A stretch of DNA of 64,000 bases from Deltaproteobacteria bacterium. Lineage in GTDB: Bacteria; SAR324; NAC60-12. The DNA lies in contig JAYPUA010000002.1 of the NCBI GenBank assembly GCA_038133845.1, positions 61,912-125,911 of the forward strand, written 5' to 3'. A model generated the notes under the pieces. The model saw only the letters and a program-made list of their open reading frames with translations. It was not told the origin of the DNA and searched no databases. The translations under genes and the position numbers were made by a program. This document shows, in pieces, positions 9,162 to 17,680 of this stretch (positions within the stretch are counted from its first letter, which is position 1; each line of letters opens with the position of its first letter).

Positions 9162-10477
9162 TGGGACAGGTCATTGAAATTCCACACCTCTACCGCGTCG
9201 AAGGCCACGGAGGCATCCAAGTGACTTTGAGTGAAGACGACGAGGTCTCCTGCCAGATGGGAATCTTCGAGGGTTCTCGCTTCTACGAGGCCCTGCTCCG
9301 CGGGCATCCCTATCGGGAGATCCCCGGGATCGTCTGTCGAGTCTGCGCCATCTGCTCGGCCGCACATGCGCTGTGCTCGATTACGGCTCTGGAAGACGCC
9401 CTGCAGGTCGAGGTTCCGGAGTCGGTGAAGCGCCTGCGGGATCTGCTCAATCACGGAGAGATGATCGAGTCCCACGCCCTGCACTTCTTCATGCTTGCGG
9501 TTCCGGACTATTTGGGGTTGCCCAGCGTGCTGGACATGCAGCAGCAGCACGGAGAGGAGGTCAAGGGTGCCCTGCGGCTCAAGAAGTTTGGGAACCTGAT
9601 TCAGGAGCGCATCGGCGGACGGGCGATTCATCCGGTGAACATGCTCGTTGGAGGCGTGGGGACCTGGCCCGCGCGGAAGGTCTTTGACGAGATCCGTGCC
9701 GAAGCCGAAGCCTGTCTGCGCGTTCTGGAGACCCTGGAACCGCTGGCGGCCTCGCTGGAGCACCCCGACTTTGCCCAGTCGGAGCGCAACTTTGTGGCCC
9801 TGCTCCCCGAGCGCAACGCGCTGGGGCTTGGAATTGGCCGGACCATCCAAGCCAGCGGACAGCCAGCGTTGCCGGTCTCGGAGTTCCGGAACTACGTCAA
9901 TGAGAGCGTGGTGCAGCACTCCACGGCAAAGCAGTCGCTGTTTTCCAACGAACCCTTCATGGTCGGCTCGCTGGCTCGTCTGATCCACCATCGGCCCCAG
10001 CTTGGCGGAGAGGCCGCCCGGGTTGCCGACCGCCTCTTTGGTCCGGAGATTCCTCCGAACCCTCTGCTTAACAATGCGGCACAGTTGGTGGAATTGATTC
10101 ACTGCTGTGAGGAGGCCATTCGCCTGTGCAGCGAACTGTCTGAGCTGTCTCCTGCTCCAGAACCACAGACCCGAATCGAGCTTCCCAAGGAGGAGCGCAC
10201 CGGCACTGCCGCAATGGAAGTCCCCCGAGGAACGCTGTTCCACAGCTACACGCTCAACCCAAGCGGAGTGGTGGTCGATGCGGATATTGTCACTCCGACG
10301 GCTCAGAACCTGGCGCAGATCGAAGCGGATATTCGCCAGACGGTCCAATCGTGGCTCCAGCAAAACCGTAGAGGCGGCGAAGGCCAACTCAAATCCGACC
10401 TGGAGCGCCTGGCTCGTGCCTACGACCCCTGCATCTCCTGCTCGACCCATCTGATCGATCTGAGGATTGCACAATGA
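9161..10477 (+). CDS. hydA: [NiFe] hydrogenase large (alpha) subunit, cysteine-only type
   Basis: Start re-picked to ATG 9161 (MGQVIEIPHLYRVEGHGG...). N-terminal RxEGHGG/C-x-x-C (RVCAICS) and C-terminal DPCISCSTH Ni-Fe ligand motifs; C-terminal extension after the last His suggests protease-processed maturation. Confidence 0.85.
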   Translation: MGQVIEIPHLYRVEGHGGIQVTLSEDDEVSCQMGIFEGSRFYEALLRGHPYREIPGIVCRVCAICSAAHALCSITALEDALQVEVPESVKRLRDLLNHGEMIESHALHFFMLAVPDYLGLPSVLDMQQQHGEEVKGALRLKKFGNLIQERIGGRAIHPVNMLVGGVGTWPARKVFDEIRAEAEACLRVLETLEPLAASLEHPDFAQSERNFVALLPERNALGLGIGRTIQASGQPALPVSEFRNYVNESVVQHSTAKQSLFSNEPFMVGSLARLIHHRPQLGGEAARVADRLFGPEIPPNPLLNNAAQLVELIHCCEEAIRLCSELSELSPAPEPQTRIELPKEERTGTAAMEVPRGTLFHSYTLNPSGVVVDADIVTPTAQNLAQIEADIRQTVQSWLQQNRRGGEGQLKSDLERLARAYDPCISCSTHLIDLRIAQ

Positions 10478-10911
10478 AGCTGAGAGCGGTTCAGCCCGGA
10501 GACCACACCCAGTGGCTGGGATTGTATCGACAATACGCCGAATTCTACCGGGTCCCCATGTCCGAACAGACCTCAGACACTGTCTGGAGGTGGTTGCACG
10601 ACCCGGATCATGTTCTGGAGGGGTGGGTCGCCGAAGAGTCCGGGAAGCTTTGGGGACTGGCCCACTTCCGGACAATGCCCAACCCGTTGCGAGGTGTTGA
10701 GGTTGGCTTCCTGGATGACCTGTTCGTGAGTCCGGAAGCTCGTGGGAAGCGGGTCGGCGAGGCGCTGATCATGCAGCTGAAGGCGCTGGCCCAAGAGCGC
10801 GGCTGGCCGAAGATTCGCTGGATCACTGCGGATGACAACTACCGCGCCCGGACCCTCTACGACCGGGTGGCGCAAAAAACCCAGTGGAACGTCTACGAAG
10901 TCCAGCTCTGA
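10474..10911 (+). CDS. GNAT-family N-acetyltransferase
   Basis: 145 aa; GNAT motif A (EARGKRVGEALI) ; ATGA overlap with hydA stop. Confidence 0.75.
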   Translation: MKLRAVQPGDHTQWLGLYRQYAEFYRVPMSEQTSDTVWRWLHDPDHVLEGWVAEESGKLWGLAHFRTMPNPLRGVEVGFLDDLFVSPEARGKRVGEALIMQLKALAQERGWPKIRWITADDNYRARTLYDRVAQKTQWNVYEVQL

Positions 10912-10922
10912 CTACACAGCCC

Positions 10923-11321
10923 TCAGGAGTCCTCGGTCTTCCGGCACAACCCCCCGTGTATCGTCTCAAATCCGACCTTCTCCAAGGTGATCACGGAAAA
11001 CTTCAGGTTTTTCGGGTTGAATGAGAAATACCGCTCAATCATCGTCTGTGCACCGTTCCTGCGAAGACACTGGTGGATCTCGGCCTCCCAGTCATAGAAC
11101 GAGGTGTCGCAGAAGTCGGCCTCATCATTTGGCCGGAAGACGGCCAACCGCTCCTGCTCGATCCGGAGGACGTACCGACTGTCGGACAAGAGCCGGTACG
11201 TGGTTGCGGTTCCGTCTTCCCGGGAGTTGAAACCGAGGAAAAACTCCGCCTGACAGTAATACTCTGTCGCCCACAGGGGCAATGCTCCCAACAAAGCCAC
11301 TCCAAGCAAGGTTGCCTTCAT
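10923..11321 (-). CDS. hypothetical secreted protein, 4 Cys
   Basis: 132 aa; N-terminal signal peptide MKATLLGVALLGALPLWA; last gene of the importer/amidohydrolase/COG0523 operon. Confidence 0.5.
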   Translation of the reverse strand: MKATLLGVALLGALPLWATEYYCQAEFFLGFNSREDGTATTYRLLSDSRYVLRIEQERLAVFRPNDEADFCDTSFYDWEAEIHQCLRRNGAQTMIERYFSFNPKNLKFSVITLEKVGFETIHGGLCRKTEDS

Positions 11322-11369
11322 TCAGAACTCTCTGGCATGGTTGAACAAAACGCATCCGGAAGTTCCACT

Positions 11370-12308
11370 CTAGCCGGGCTGGTCTCCGAAAGCCAACCAC
11401 TTGTCAAACCAGGCATCCAGCCGCTCCGCAAAGCGCACATCGCTGGGGCCAATGGCCACCAGCCGGGAACTTTCCCGGGCGCCAGGCCTCTCCCGAATTT
11501 CATACCGGGCCCCGACTGCCTGAACCTCCAGAACGCCTGAGCTGCCGGCAATCCAGCCCTTCAGCCGGTGCACTCCCTCGGGCAGGTGCTCCAGCGCCGC
11601 CCTCAGTTCTGCGACCGTGCAGGAGGGCTCCTCCATTCGGTGCCAGCGGGAGAACAGCTCTTCGTGCAGGATCCGAAATTTTGGAGCATGTTTTGTTTGA
11701 GGATCCTCTTTTTCAAAATGTGCCCCGATGACCCACTCAACCGGAACCTGCGCCTGCTCGGCCTGCGCCTGTGAAGCCCGAGGATTCTGTTCGGAAATCC
11801 AGCACTCCAGAGCCTCTTTCTCGGAGTTGGAAACAAGGTCGATCTTGTTCAGCAGCAGGAGGTCGGCGCTTTGAATCTGCCTCCGGAGGATGCTTCCCAC
11901 TTGGGGGTCCTTCACGCGTTCGCGCACCGTCTCCGCGTCAACCACGCAGACCACGGCATCCAAGGACAACTCCGGTTCAGCCCGGGCGATGTCAGCCAGT
12001 TTGTCCGGTTCAGCCACACCGCTGGCCTCGATCAGGATCCCTTCCGGAAGCTCCGGGTGGGTGAGCAAGCGATCCAGCGCATCGTAGAGCCCCCCGCCCA
12101 GCGAGCAGCAGATGCAGCCATTTTCCAGTTGAATGGTCTGTGAGTTTCGGGAGGCGATCAACTCGGCGTCGATGTTCAGCGCGCCAAAGTCGTTCACCAG
12201 CACCGCCAGACGCACTCCGGAGACCTGCTGGATCAGGTGGTTCACCAGCGTGGTTTTCCCGGCGCCGAGATACCCGGCAACAATTGTCAGCGGGACGCTG
12301 GGGGTCAT
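11370..12308 (-). CDS. COG0523 / CobW-family G3E GTPase (metallochaperone)
   Basis: Start re-picked to MTPSVPLTIVAGYLGAGKTT (P-loop); GCICCS (CxCC metal-binding motif) and LLLNKIDL; 4-nt overlap with upstream amidohydrolase. Confidence 0.8.
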   Translation of the reverse strand: MTPSVPLTIVAGYLGAGKTTLVNHLIQQVSGVRLAVLVNDFGALNIDAELIASRNSQTIQLENGCICCSLGGGLYDALDRLLTHPELPEGILIEASGVAEPDKLADIARAEPELSLDAVVCVVDAETVRERVKDPQVGSILRRQIQSADLLLLNKIDLVSNSEKEALECWISEQNPRASQAQAEQAQVPVEWVIGAHFEKEDPQTKHAPKFRILHEELFSRWHRMEEPSCTVAELRAALEHLPEGVHRLKGWIAGSSGVLEVQAVGARYEIRERPGARESSRLVAIGPSDVRFAERLDAWFDKWLAFGDQPG

Positions 12309-13942
12309 TCCGGCGCCGCGGGGAAGACTCTCCCTCCGGAGACGACTCCCCAAACCGGGACATCCTTGAGGGTTTCGGAGGGCACGGTGAACGGGTCCTC
12401 TTCCAGCACGGCGAAGTCCGCACGCTTTCCGGATTCGATGGAACCGATCTCGTGGTCCAAGTGGAGCGTGTAGGCGGCCCCGATCGTGATGGCCTTGAGC
12501 GCCTCCGGAACGCTGATACGCTCATTGGGTCCCAAGACCTTCCCGCTCCCGGTCAGGCGATGCACAGCGCACCAGGCGGTGAAGAGCGGGCCCATCGGCG
12601 TCACGGGTGCATCGGAGTGGATGGCCAGCGGTACGCCTTCATCCAGCGCTGTCCGGCAGGCGTCCATGCGCGCCGCGCGCTCCGGACCGATGGTGATGTC
12701 GCGGTGCTGGTCTCCAAAGTAGTAGATGTGGTTGGCAAACAGGTTGGCGCACAGGCCCAGCGCAGCCATGCTCCGGAACTGGGCCTGATCCGCCATCTGG
12801 CAGTGCTGCAAGGTATGCCGGTGATCGGGGAATGGCGTCTTGCGGAGCGCCTCTCGCAGCGCGGCAATGGTCACCTTGGACGCCTCGCTTCCGTTCACGT
12901 GCAGGTGCATCTGAATGCCCTCTCGGTTGAGGTGTTCGGTCAAGGCGTAGAGACTCTCCGGAGGCAGGTTCCAGATGCCGTGGTTCGGACCTTTGTAGTA
13001 GTGAGGCCACTGAACCCGGGCAGTGAAGCCCTGGATGGAGCCGTCCGTCATGACCTTGACGAGCCCCAATCGCAGCATCTCGGTGCTCTTCAAGCGGAGG
13101 GCCTGAGCCTTTTGGGCGATCTCCTCCGGTGTGCCTCCCAGCGCGTTCAGAGCCGGAACCACCCGGAGCGAATAGTCGGCCGAACCCGTCAGATCCAGCA
13201 ACCGCTCAACCTCCTCCTCTTCAAGCGAGCTGAACAGGTCGGTGGCGGTGGTCACACCGCAGCGTCGCGCAACGGAGGCATAGTCCCGGATCCCCTCTGC
13301 AGCGCTTCCCAGCTCCCGGAAGTTGATCCCCAGGCGTCGCATGACCGGAAACATCGCCGCCATTTCCTGCAGTTCTCCGCTGGGATGGCCGTCAGCCTGC
13401 TTGTGAACGCCCTGAACGTCGGTGTCTCGCGAGTAGCCGACCAGTTTCAGCGCCGCCGAGTTGACCGTCATCAGGTGAAAGTTGGAGTGCATCACGGCGA
13501 TCGGACGAGTCTCCGAGACGGAGTCGAGGTCGGTCCGGTCCAGGCGCTTGCTGGGCAGAAAGATCGGGTCGAACCCCCAGGCGACCAAAGGTGCCTCCGG
13601 AGGCAGCCGAGAGCCGATCTCCCGCAACCGTTCCAGGACCCCGGAAATGTCTGTGAGTGCAGGCCACGGCTGCCCTTGCGGGTCCATGCGGTCGTGATAT
13701 CCAACGTAGGTGTAGCTCCAGATTCCTCCGGCCATCAGGTGCGCGTGTCCCTCAACAAACCCGGGAAGGAGGACCTTGTCGGCAAAGCGCATGTCCACCG
13801 GAGCGTCACCCCAGCTACGAACCTCCTCTTCCGAGCCCACGGCCAGAATGCGCCCTTCCCGGACCGCAACATGCGTCGCTGCTGGAGTTGCGGAGTTCAT
13901 CGTGTGAATTTGCTTCGCCTGATAAATCGTGTGCTGTGTCAT
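12305..13942 (-). CDS. metal-dependent amidohydrolase, amidohydrolase-3 (YtcJ-like) family
   Basis: 545 aa; VEGHAHL near N-terminus, HSDAPV and C-terminal GKRADFAVL motifs; ATGA overlap with upstream ABC ATPase. Confidence 0.8.
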   Translation of the reverse strand: MTQHTIYQAKQIHTMNSATPAATHVAVREGRILAVGSEEEVRSWGDAPVDMRFADKVLLPGFVEGHAHLMAGGIWSYTYVGYHDRMDPQGQPWPALTDISGVLERLREIGSRLPPEAPLVAWGFDPIFLPSKRLDRTDLDSVSETRPIAVMHSNFHLMTVNSAALKLVGYSRDTDVQGVHKQADGHPSGELQEMAAMFPVMRRLGINFRELGSAAEGIRDYASVARRCGVTTATDLFSSLEEEEVERLLDLTGSADYSLRVVPALNALGGTPEEIAQKAQALRLKSTEMLRLGLVKVMTDGSIQGFTARVQWPHYYKGPNHGIWNLPPESLYALTEHLNREGIQMHLHVNGSEASKVTIAALREALRKTPFPDHRHTLQHCQMADQAQFRSMAALGLCANLFANHIYYFGDQHRDITIGPERAARMDACRTALDEGVPLAIHSDAPVTPMGPLFTAWCAVHRLTGSGKVLGPNERISVPEALKAITIGAAYTLHLDHEIGSIESGKRADFAVLEEDPFTVPSETLKDVPVWGVVSGGRVFPAAPE

Positions 13943-15756
13943 GAGGAGGCCTCTTCGAGCGCGTAATAATGACCTGGCGTTGCCTGCTGCATCTGAACCA
14001 ATTGGGGCTCAAACCCTGCGGGGCGGACCGGGCTTGGAATTTCTTCGGTAGAGAGCGAACGTCTTACGGGGCTGGAGCTTGGTTCGGCCACCGGAACTGC
14101 AGAGAGGAGCTTGCGCGTATAGGAGTGTCTTGGATTGGAGAAAACCTCTGCCCGGGGACCAATCTCCACAATCTGCCCAAGGTACATCACGGCCACCCGG
14201 TGGCTGATGCGCTCCACCACCGCCATATCGTGCGAGATGAACAGAAACGCCAGTCCCAGCTCCGCCTGCAGGTCGAGCATCAGGTTGAGCACTTGAGCCT
14301 GAATGGAGACGTCCAGCGCAGAGACAGCCTCGTCAGCAACAAGGAGGCTGGGGTTGAGCGCCAGCGCCCGGGCAATGCAGATGCGTTGCCGCTGCCCTCC
14401 GGAGAACTGATGGGGAAAGCGATGGCGCTGCTCCGGAGTCAGATGAACCCTGCGGAACAGCTCGGCGACGCGCTCCTCGCGTGCGGAGCGGCTTAGCCGA
14501 GGCTCGTTGACCTCTAGCGGCTCTGCCACGGAATCGGCAGCAGTACGGCGTGGATCCAGCGAGGAGTAGGGGTCCTGAAAGATCATCTGCATCTTCTTGC
14601 GGTGTACCCGCAAGGCCTCTCCGGAGAGATGAGTGATGTCTGCCTCCTGCAGCCGAATACTCCCCGAATCCGGCTCCAGCAGCCGCATCACCAGGTTGGC
14701 CGTAGTCGATTTTCCACAGCCGCTCTCGCCAACCAGCGCCAGTGTCTCTCCGGCCTGAAGAGAGAAGGAGACCGACTCCACGGCGTGGACGTTCCCCGTG
14801 GTCTGCCGAAACACCCCCTTGCGGATCGGGAAGCGCTTCACCAGTTGGTCCACCTGCAGCACCGTGGAATCCGGTCCGGATTCCAACGTCTCGGCTGGGA
14901 GGGAGGGAGGGAACTCCTCAAGCAGTTCGAACTTTTTGGGGCGCGGCTCGCCCTGCATGCTTCCCAGGCGCGGGACAGCCTTGAGCAGCGCTCGGGTGTA
15001 GTCGTGCCCGGGCTGCCGGAAGATCGAGTGCACGGTCCCGGATTCGATCAGGCGCGAGCGGCACATCACGGCGACGTCATCTGCGGTCTCGGCGACCACG
15101 CCCATGTCGTGAGTGATCAGCAGGATCGCGGTGCCGAACTCCTCCTGAAGCTGCTTCATCAGCGCCAGAATCTGTGCCTGGATCGTGACATCCAGCGCCG
15201 TGGTGGGCTCATCAGCAATCAACAGATCCGGATTGCTGGCAAAGGCCATGGCGATCATGACTCGCTGCCGCATCCCTCCAGAGAGCTGATGCGGGTAGTC
15301 TCGAAGTCGACTGCGGGCTTCCGGAATCCGGACCCGCTCCAGCATCTCCAGCGCCTGAGCCTCGGCGGCCTCCGAGGAGACTTGCTGGTGCAGTCGAATG
15401 CTTTCAGTCAACTGGTTGCCGATCGTGTAGACCGGGTTCAAGGAGGAGAGCGGCTCTTGGAAGATCATCGAGATCCGGTCTCCACGGATCTGACGCATCC
15501 GGGACTCCGGAAGCCGCAGGAGGTCCTGGCGCTGACCTTCGTGGTGGAAGGTGATGCTCCCGGAGACGATGCGCCCCTGAGAGCTGAGTTCAACCAGGCG
15601 CATGATCGAAAGCGCGGTGACGGACTTCCCGGAACCAGACTCCCCCACCAACGCCAACGTTTTGCCTGGATCGATCCGGAACCCAACATCGTCCACCGCG
15701 CGATGCTTCCCAAAGAGGACGGAGAGCCCGCTGACTTCAAGCAGTGCCTCCATCAA
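13939..15756 (-). CDS. ABC transporter ATP-binding protein, fused double ATPase (DppD/DppF- or NikD/NikE-like)
   Basis: 605 aa; two Walker A ([16 protein letters not shown]), two LSGG signatures. Confidence 0.85.
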   Translation of the reverse strand: MMEALLEVSGLSVLFGKHRAVDDVGFRIDPGKTLALVGESGSGKSVTALSIMRLVELSSQGRIVSGSITFHHEGQRQDLLRLPESRMRQIRGDRISMIFQEPLSSLNPVYTIGNQLTESIRLHQQVSSEAAEAQALEMLERVRIPEARSRLRDYPHQLSGGMRQRVMIAMAFASNPDLLIADEPTTALDVTIQAQILALMKQLQEEFGTAILLITHDMGVVAETADDVAVMCRSRLIESGTVHSIFRQPGHDYTRALLKAVPRLGSMQGEPRPKKFELLEEFPPSLPAETLESGPDSTVLQVDQLVKRFPIRKGVFRQTTGNVHAVESVSFSLQAGETLALVGESGCGKSTTANLVMRLLEPDSGSIRLQEADITHLSGEALRVHRKKMQMIFQDPYSSLDPRRTAADSVAEPLEVNEPRLSRSAREERVAELFRRVHLTPEQRHRFPHQFSGGQRQRICIARALALNPSLLVADEAVSALDVSIQAQVLNLMLDLQAELGLAFLFISHDMAVVERISHRVAVMYLGQIVEIGPRAEVFSNPRHSYTRKLLSAVPVAEPSSSPVRRSLSTEEIPSPVRPAGFEPQLVQMQQATPGHYYALEEASS

Positions 15757-16619
15757 CGCTCCCGGAGCTTGGGATTGAGCGCGTCATTCAAGCCATCGCC
15801 GATCAGACTGATGCTGAGGACGGTGAGAAAGATCGCGATCCCAGGGAAGGTCACGACCCACCAGGCATCCAGAAAGTACTGACGTCCAGAACCGATCATC
15901 AGCCCCCAGCTCATCACGTTCGGATCTCCAAGTCCAAGGAAGCTCAGCCCGGCTTCAAAGAGGATCGCCACACCCGTGATCAGCGCGGCGTAAACGATCA
16001 GGGGCGGGGAGGCGTTGGGCAGGATCACGCGCCAGATGATCCGGGCATCGGAGGAGGAGATTGTCCGGGCAGCCTTGACGAAGTCCAGCTCCCGGATACG
16101 GAGGAACTCGGCTCGCGCCAGCCGGGCCTCTGCCGTCCAGCTGACCACTCCGATGGCGATCGTGATCGTGGTCAGGGTTGGAGAAAAAAGCATCACCAGC
16201 ACCATGGCCAAGAGCAGAGCTGGGAGCACCTGAAAGAACTCGGTGATGCGCATCAGAACCTCATCTACCCAGCCGCCGTAGTATCCGGCAAGGGCCCCGA
16301 TCGTTACCCCGATGAAGACGCTGATCAGTGCTGCAGTCACGCCCACCAGCAGCGTCGCCTTGCCCCCATGAATCAGTCCGGCCAGGATGTCTCGCCCTAA
16401 CTGGTCGGTTCCCAGAACCCAGCCCTCCTCTCCCGGGGGAGAGAGCGGGGCCCAGACCATCTCGAAGGGGTCGATCGGATAGAGCGACGGCCCAAGCAAC
16501 GTGGCCCCCATGATCAGCAGCAGCAGCAGCAGCCCGGCGACAGCGGTGTGGTTTCTGCGAAACATCCGCCATGCCTCACGGGAGGGGCTGTAGGATTCGA
16601 GCGGGGACGGAGAGTTCAT
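15753..16619 (-). CDS. ABC transporter permease (DppC/NikC-like)
   Basis: Start re-picked to MNSPSPLESY... at 16619; the 145 upstream residues in the track are Pro/Arg/Gly-rich and overlap the adjacent permease. Typical BPD-transporter EAA region. Confidence 0.8.
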   Translation of the reverse strand: MNSPSPLESYSPSREAWRMFRRNHTAVAGLLLLLLIMGATLLGPSLYPIDPFEMVWAPLSPPGEEGWVLGTDQLGRDILAGLIHGGKATLLVGVTAALISVFIGVTIGALAGYYGGWVDEVLMRITEFFQVLPALLLAMVLVMLFSPTLTTITIAIGVVSWTAEARLARAEFLRIRELDFVKAARTISSSDARIIWRVILPNASPPLIVYAALITGVAILFEAGLSFLGLGDPNVMSWGLMIGSGRQYFLDAWWVVTFPGIAIFLTVLSISLIGDGLNDALNPKLRER

Positions 16620-17587
16620 CGTTTCCGAATTCTGGGGTCGGCCACGCCGTAGGCCACGTCGGTGAGCAGGTTGGCCACAGTGACCATGAATGCCGAGAAG
16701 AAGAGGATTCCGAGCATGGTCGGGTAGTCGCGCCGGAGGATGGAGTCGAACGCCAAACTGCCCAGACCCGGCCAGTTGAAGACGGTTTCCACCAGGACTG
16801 CGCCGGCAAAGAGGTTCCCAAACTGCAGTCCGGCGGCGGTGATCACCGGGAGGATGGCGTTCCGGAGGCCGTGCTTGTAGACCACTCGATCTGCAGAGAG
16901 CCCCTTGGCGTGTGCTGTCCGGATGTAGTCGGCTCCAAGCACCTCCAGCATGCTCGCCCGGGCGAGGCGGCTGTATTGAGCGATGTAGATGATCGCCAGG
17001 GTGAACGCCGGGAGCACCAGGTGATGCAGAACGTCCCAGACCTGAATCCACCAAGAAGGATTCTTGAGCAGGATGTCATTCATTCCGGAGACCGGAAACC
17101 AGGGGAGCATCGAGGCGAACAGGATCAGCAGCACCAGCCCGGTCCAGAACACCGGAGCCGAGTAGCCAACCAGGGAAATGATGGTGGTGAAGTGGCTCAG
17201 GAGTCCATTGGGACGACGCGCTGCGACCACGCCCAGAAGCGTCCCGGTCACAATGCTCAGCAACGCTGCAGTGATCACCAGCACCAAGGTGGCGGGCAGT
17301 CGCTGACCGATCAGCCCAATCACCGAGGTGTTGAAGTAGTAGGAATATCCGAGATCCCCCTGAAGCACCTGTCCCAGGTAGCGCCCAAGTTGAATGTGAA
17401 AGGGCTGGTCCAGTCCGTACTGCTGCCGGATTGCCGCCAGGATCTCCTCCGTGGCTCCTCCCATCTCCCCGGCAATGACCTCCGCCGGATCTCCGGGCGC
17501 GAGGTGGATGAGGGTGAAGTTCAGCACCAAGACTGTGGCAAGAAGAAGCACAGCGTTCAGCACGCGTTTCAGCACCAACTGGAGCAT
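16616..17587 (-). CDS. ABC transporter permease (DppB/NikB-like)
   Basis: 323 aa, multiple TM segments, N-terminal MLQLVLKRVLNAVLLL typical of DppB. Confidence 0.85.
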   Translation of the reverse strand: MLQLVLKRVLNAVLLLATVLVLNFTLIHLAPGDPAEVIAGEMGGATEEILAAIRQQYGLDQPFHIQLGRYLGQVLQGDLGYSYYFNTSVIGLIGQRLPATLVLVITAALLSIVTGTLLGVVAARRPNGLLSHFTTIISLVGYSAPVFWTGLVLLILFASMLPWFPVSGMNDILLKNPSWWIQVWDVLHHLVLPAFTLAIIYIAQYSRLARASMLEVLGADYIRTAHAKGLSADRVVYKHGLRNAILPVITAAGLQFGNLFAGAVLVETVFNWPGLGSLAFDSILRRDYPTMLGILFFSAFMVTVANLLTDVAYGVADPRIRKR

Positions 17588-17648
17588 GAGGCGGTTCGTT
17601 CAGGGAGGGCCAGGACTTGACACAGGCGCAGCCCCGGAAGGCTGAGGT

Positions 17649-17672
17649 CCTCTCTCCGCAAAGGGAGAGAGG
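17649..17672 (-). promoter_or_regulatory. intercistronic stem-loop between the SBP gene and first permease gene
   Basis: cctctctccgcaaagggagagagg: perfect 9-bp stem with 6-nt loop, located between SBP stop (17681) and permease start (17587). Confidence 0.45.
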
Positions 17673-17680
17673 AGGTTGGG

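Noticed and set aside
9158-10675. 505-aa minus-strand ORF across hydA
   Set aside because: Antisense to the [NiFe] large subunit, whose N- and C-terminal metal-site motifs are unambiguous on the plus strand.
12140-13966. 608-aa plus-strand ORF
   Set aside because: Antisense to the amidohydrolase gene; Arg/Gly-rich artefact.
14602-15882. 426-aa plus-strand ORF
   Set aside because: Antisense to the ABC ATPase with clear Walker motifs on the minus strand.
16620-17054. 145-aa N-terminal extension of the DppC-like permease in the ORF track
   Set aside because: Pro/Arg/Gly-rich, overlaps the upstream permease gene by about 440 nt; conserved permease N-terminus begins at MNSPSP (16619).
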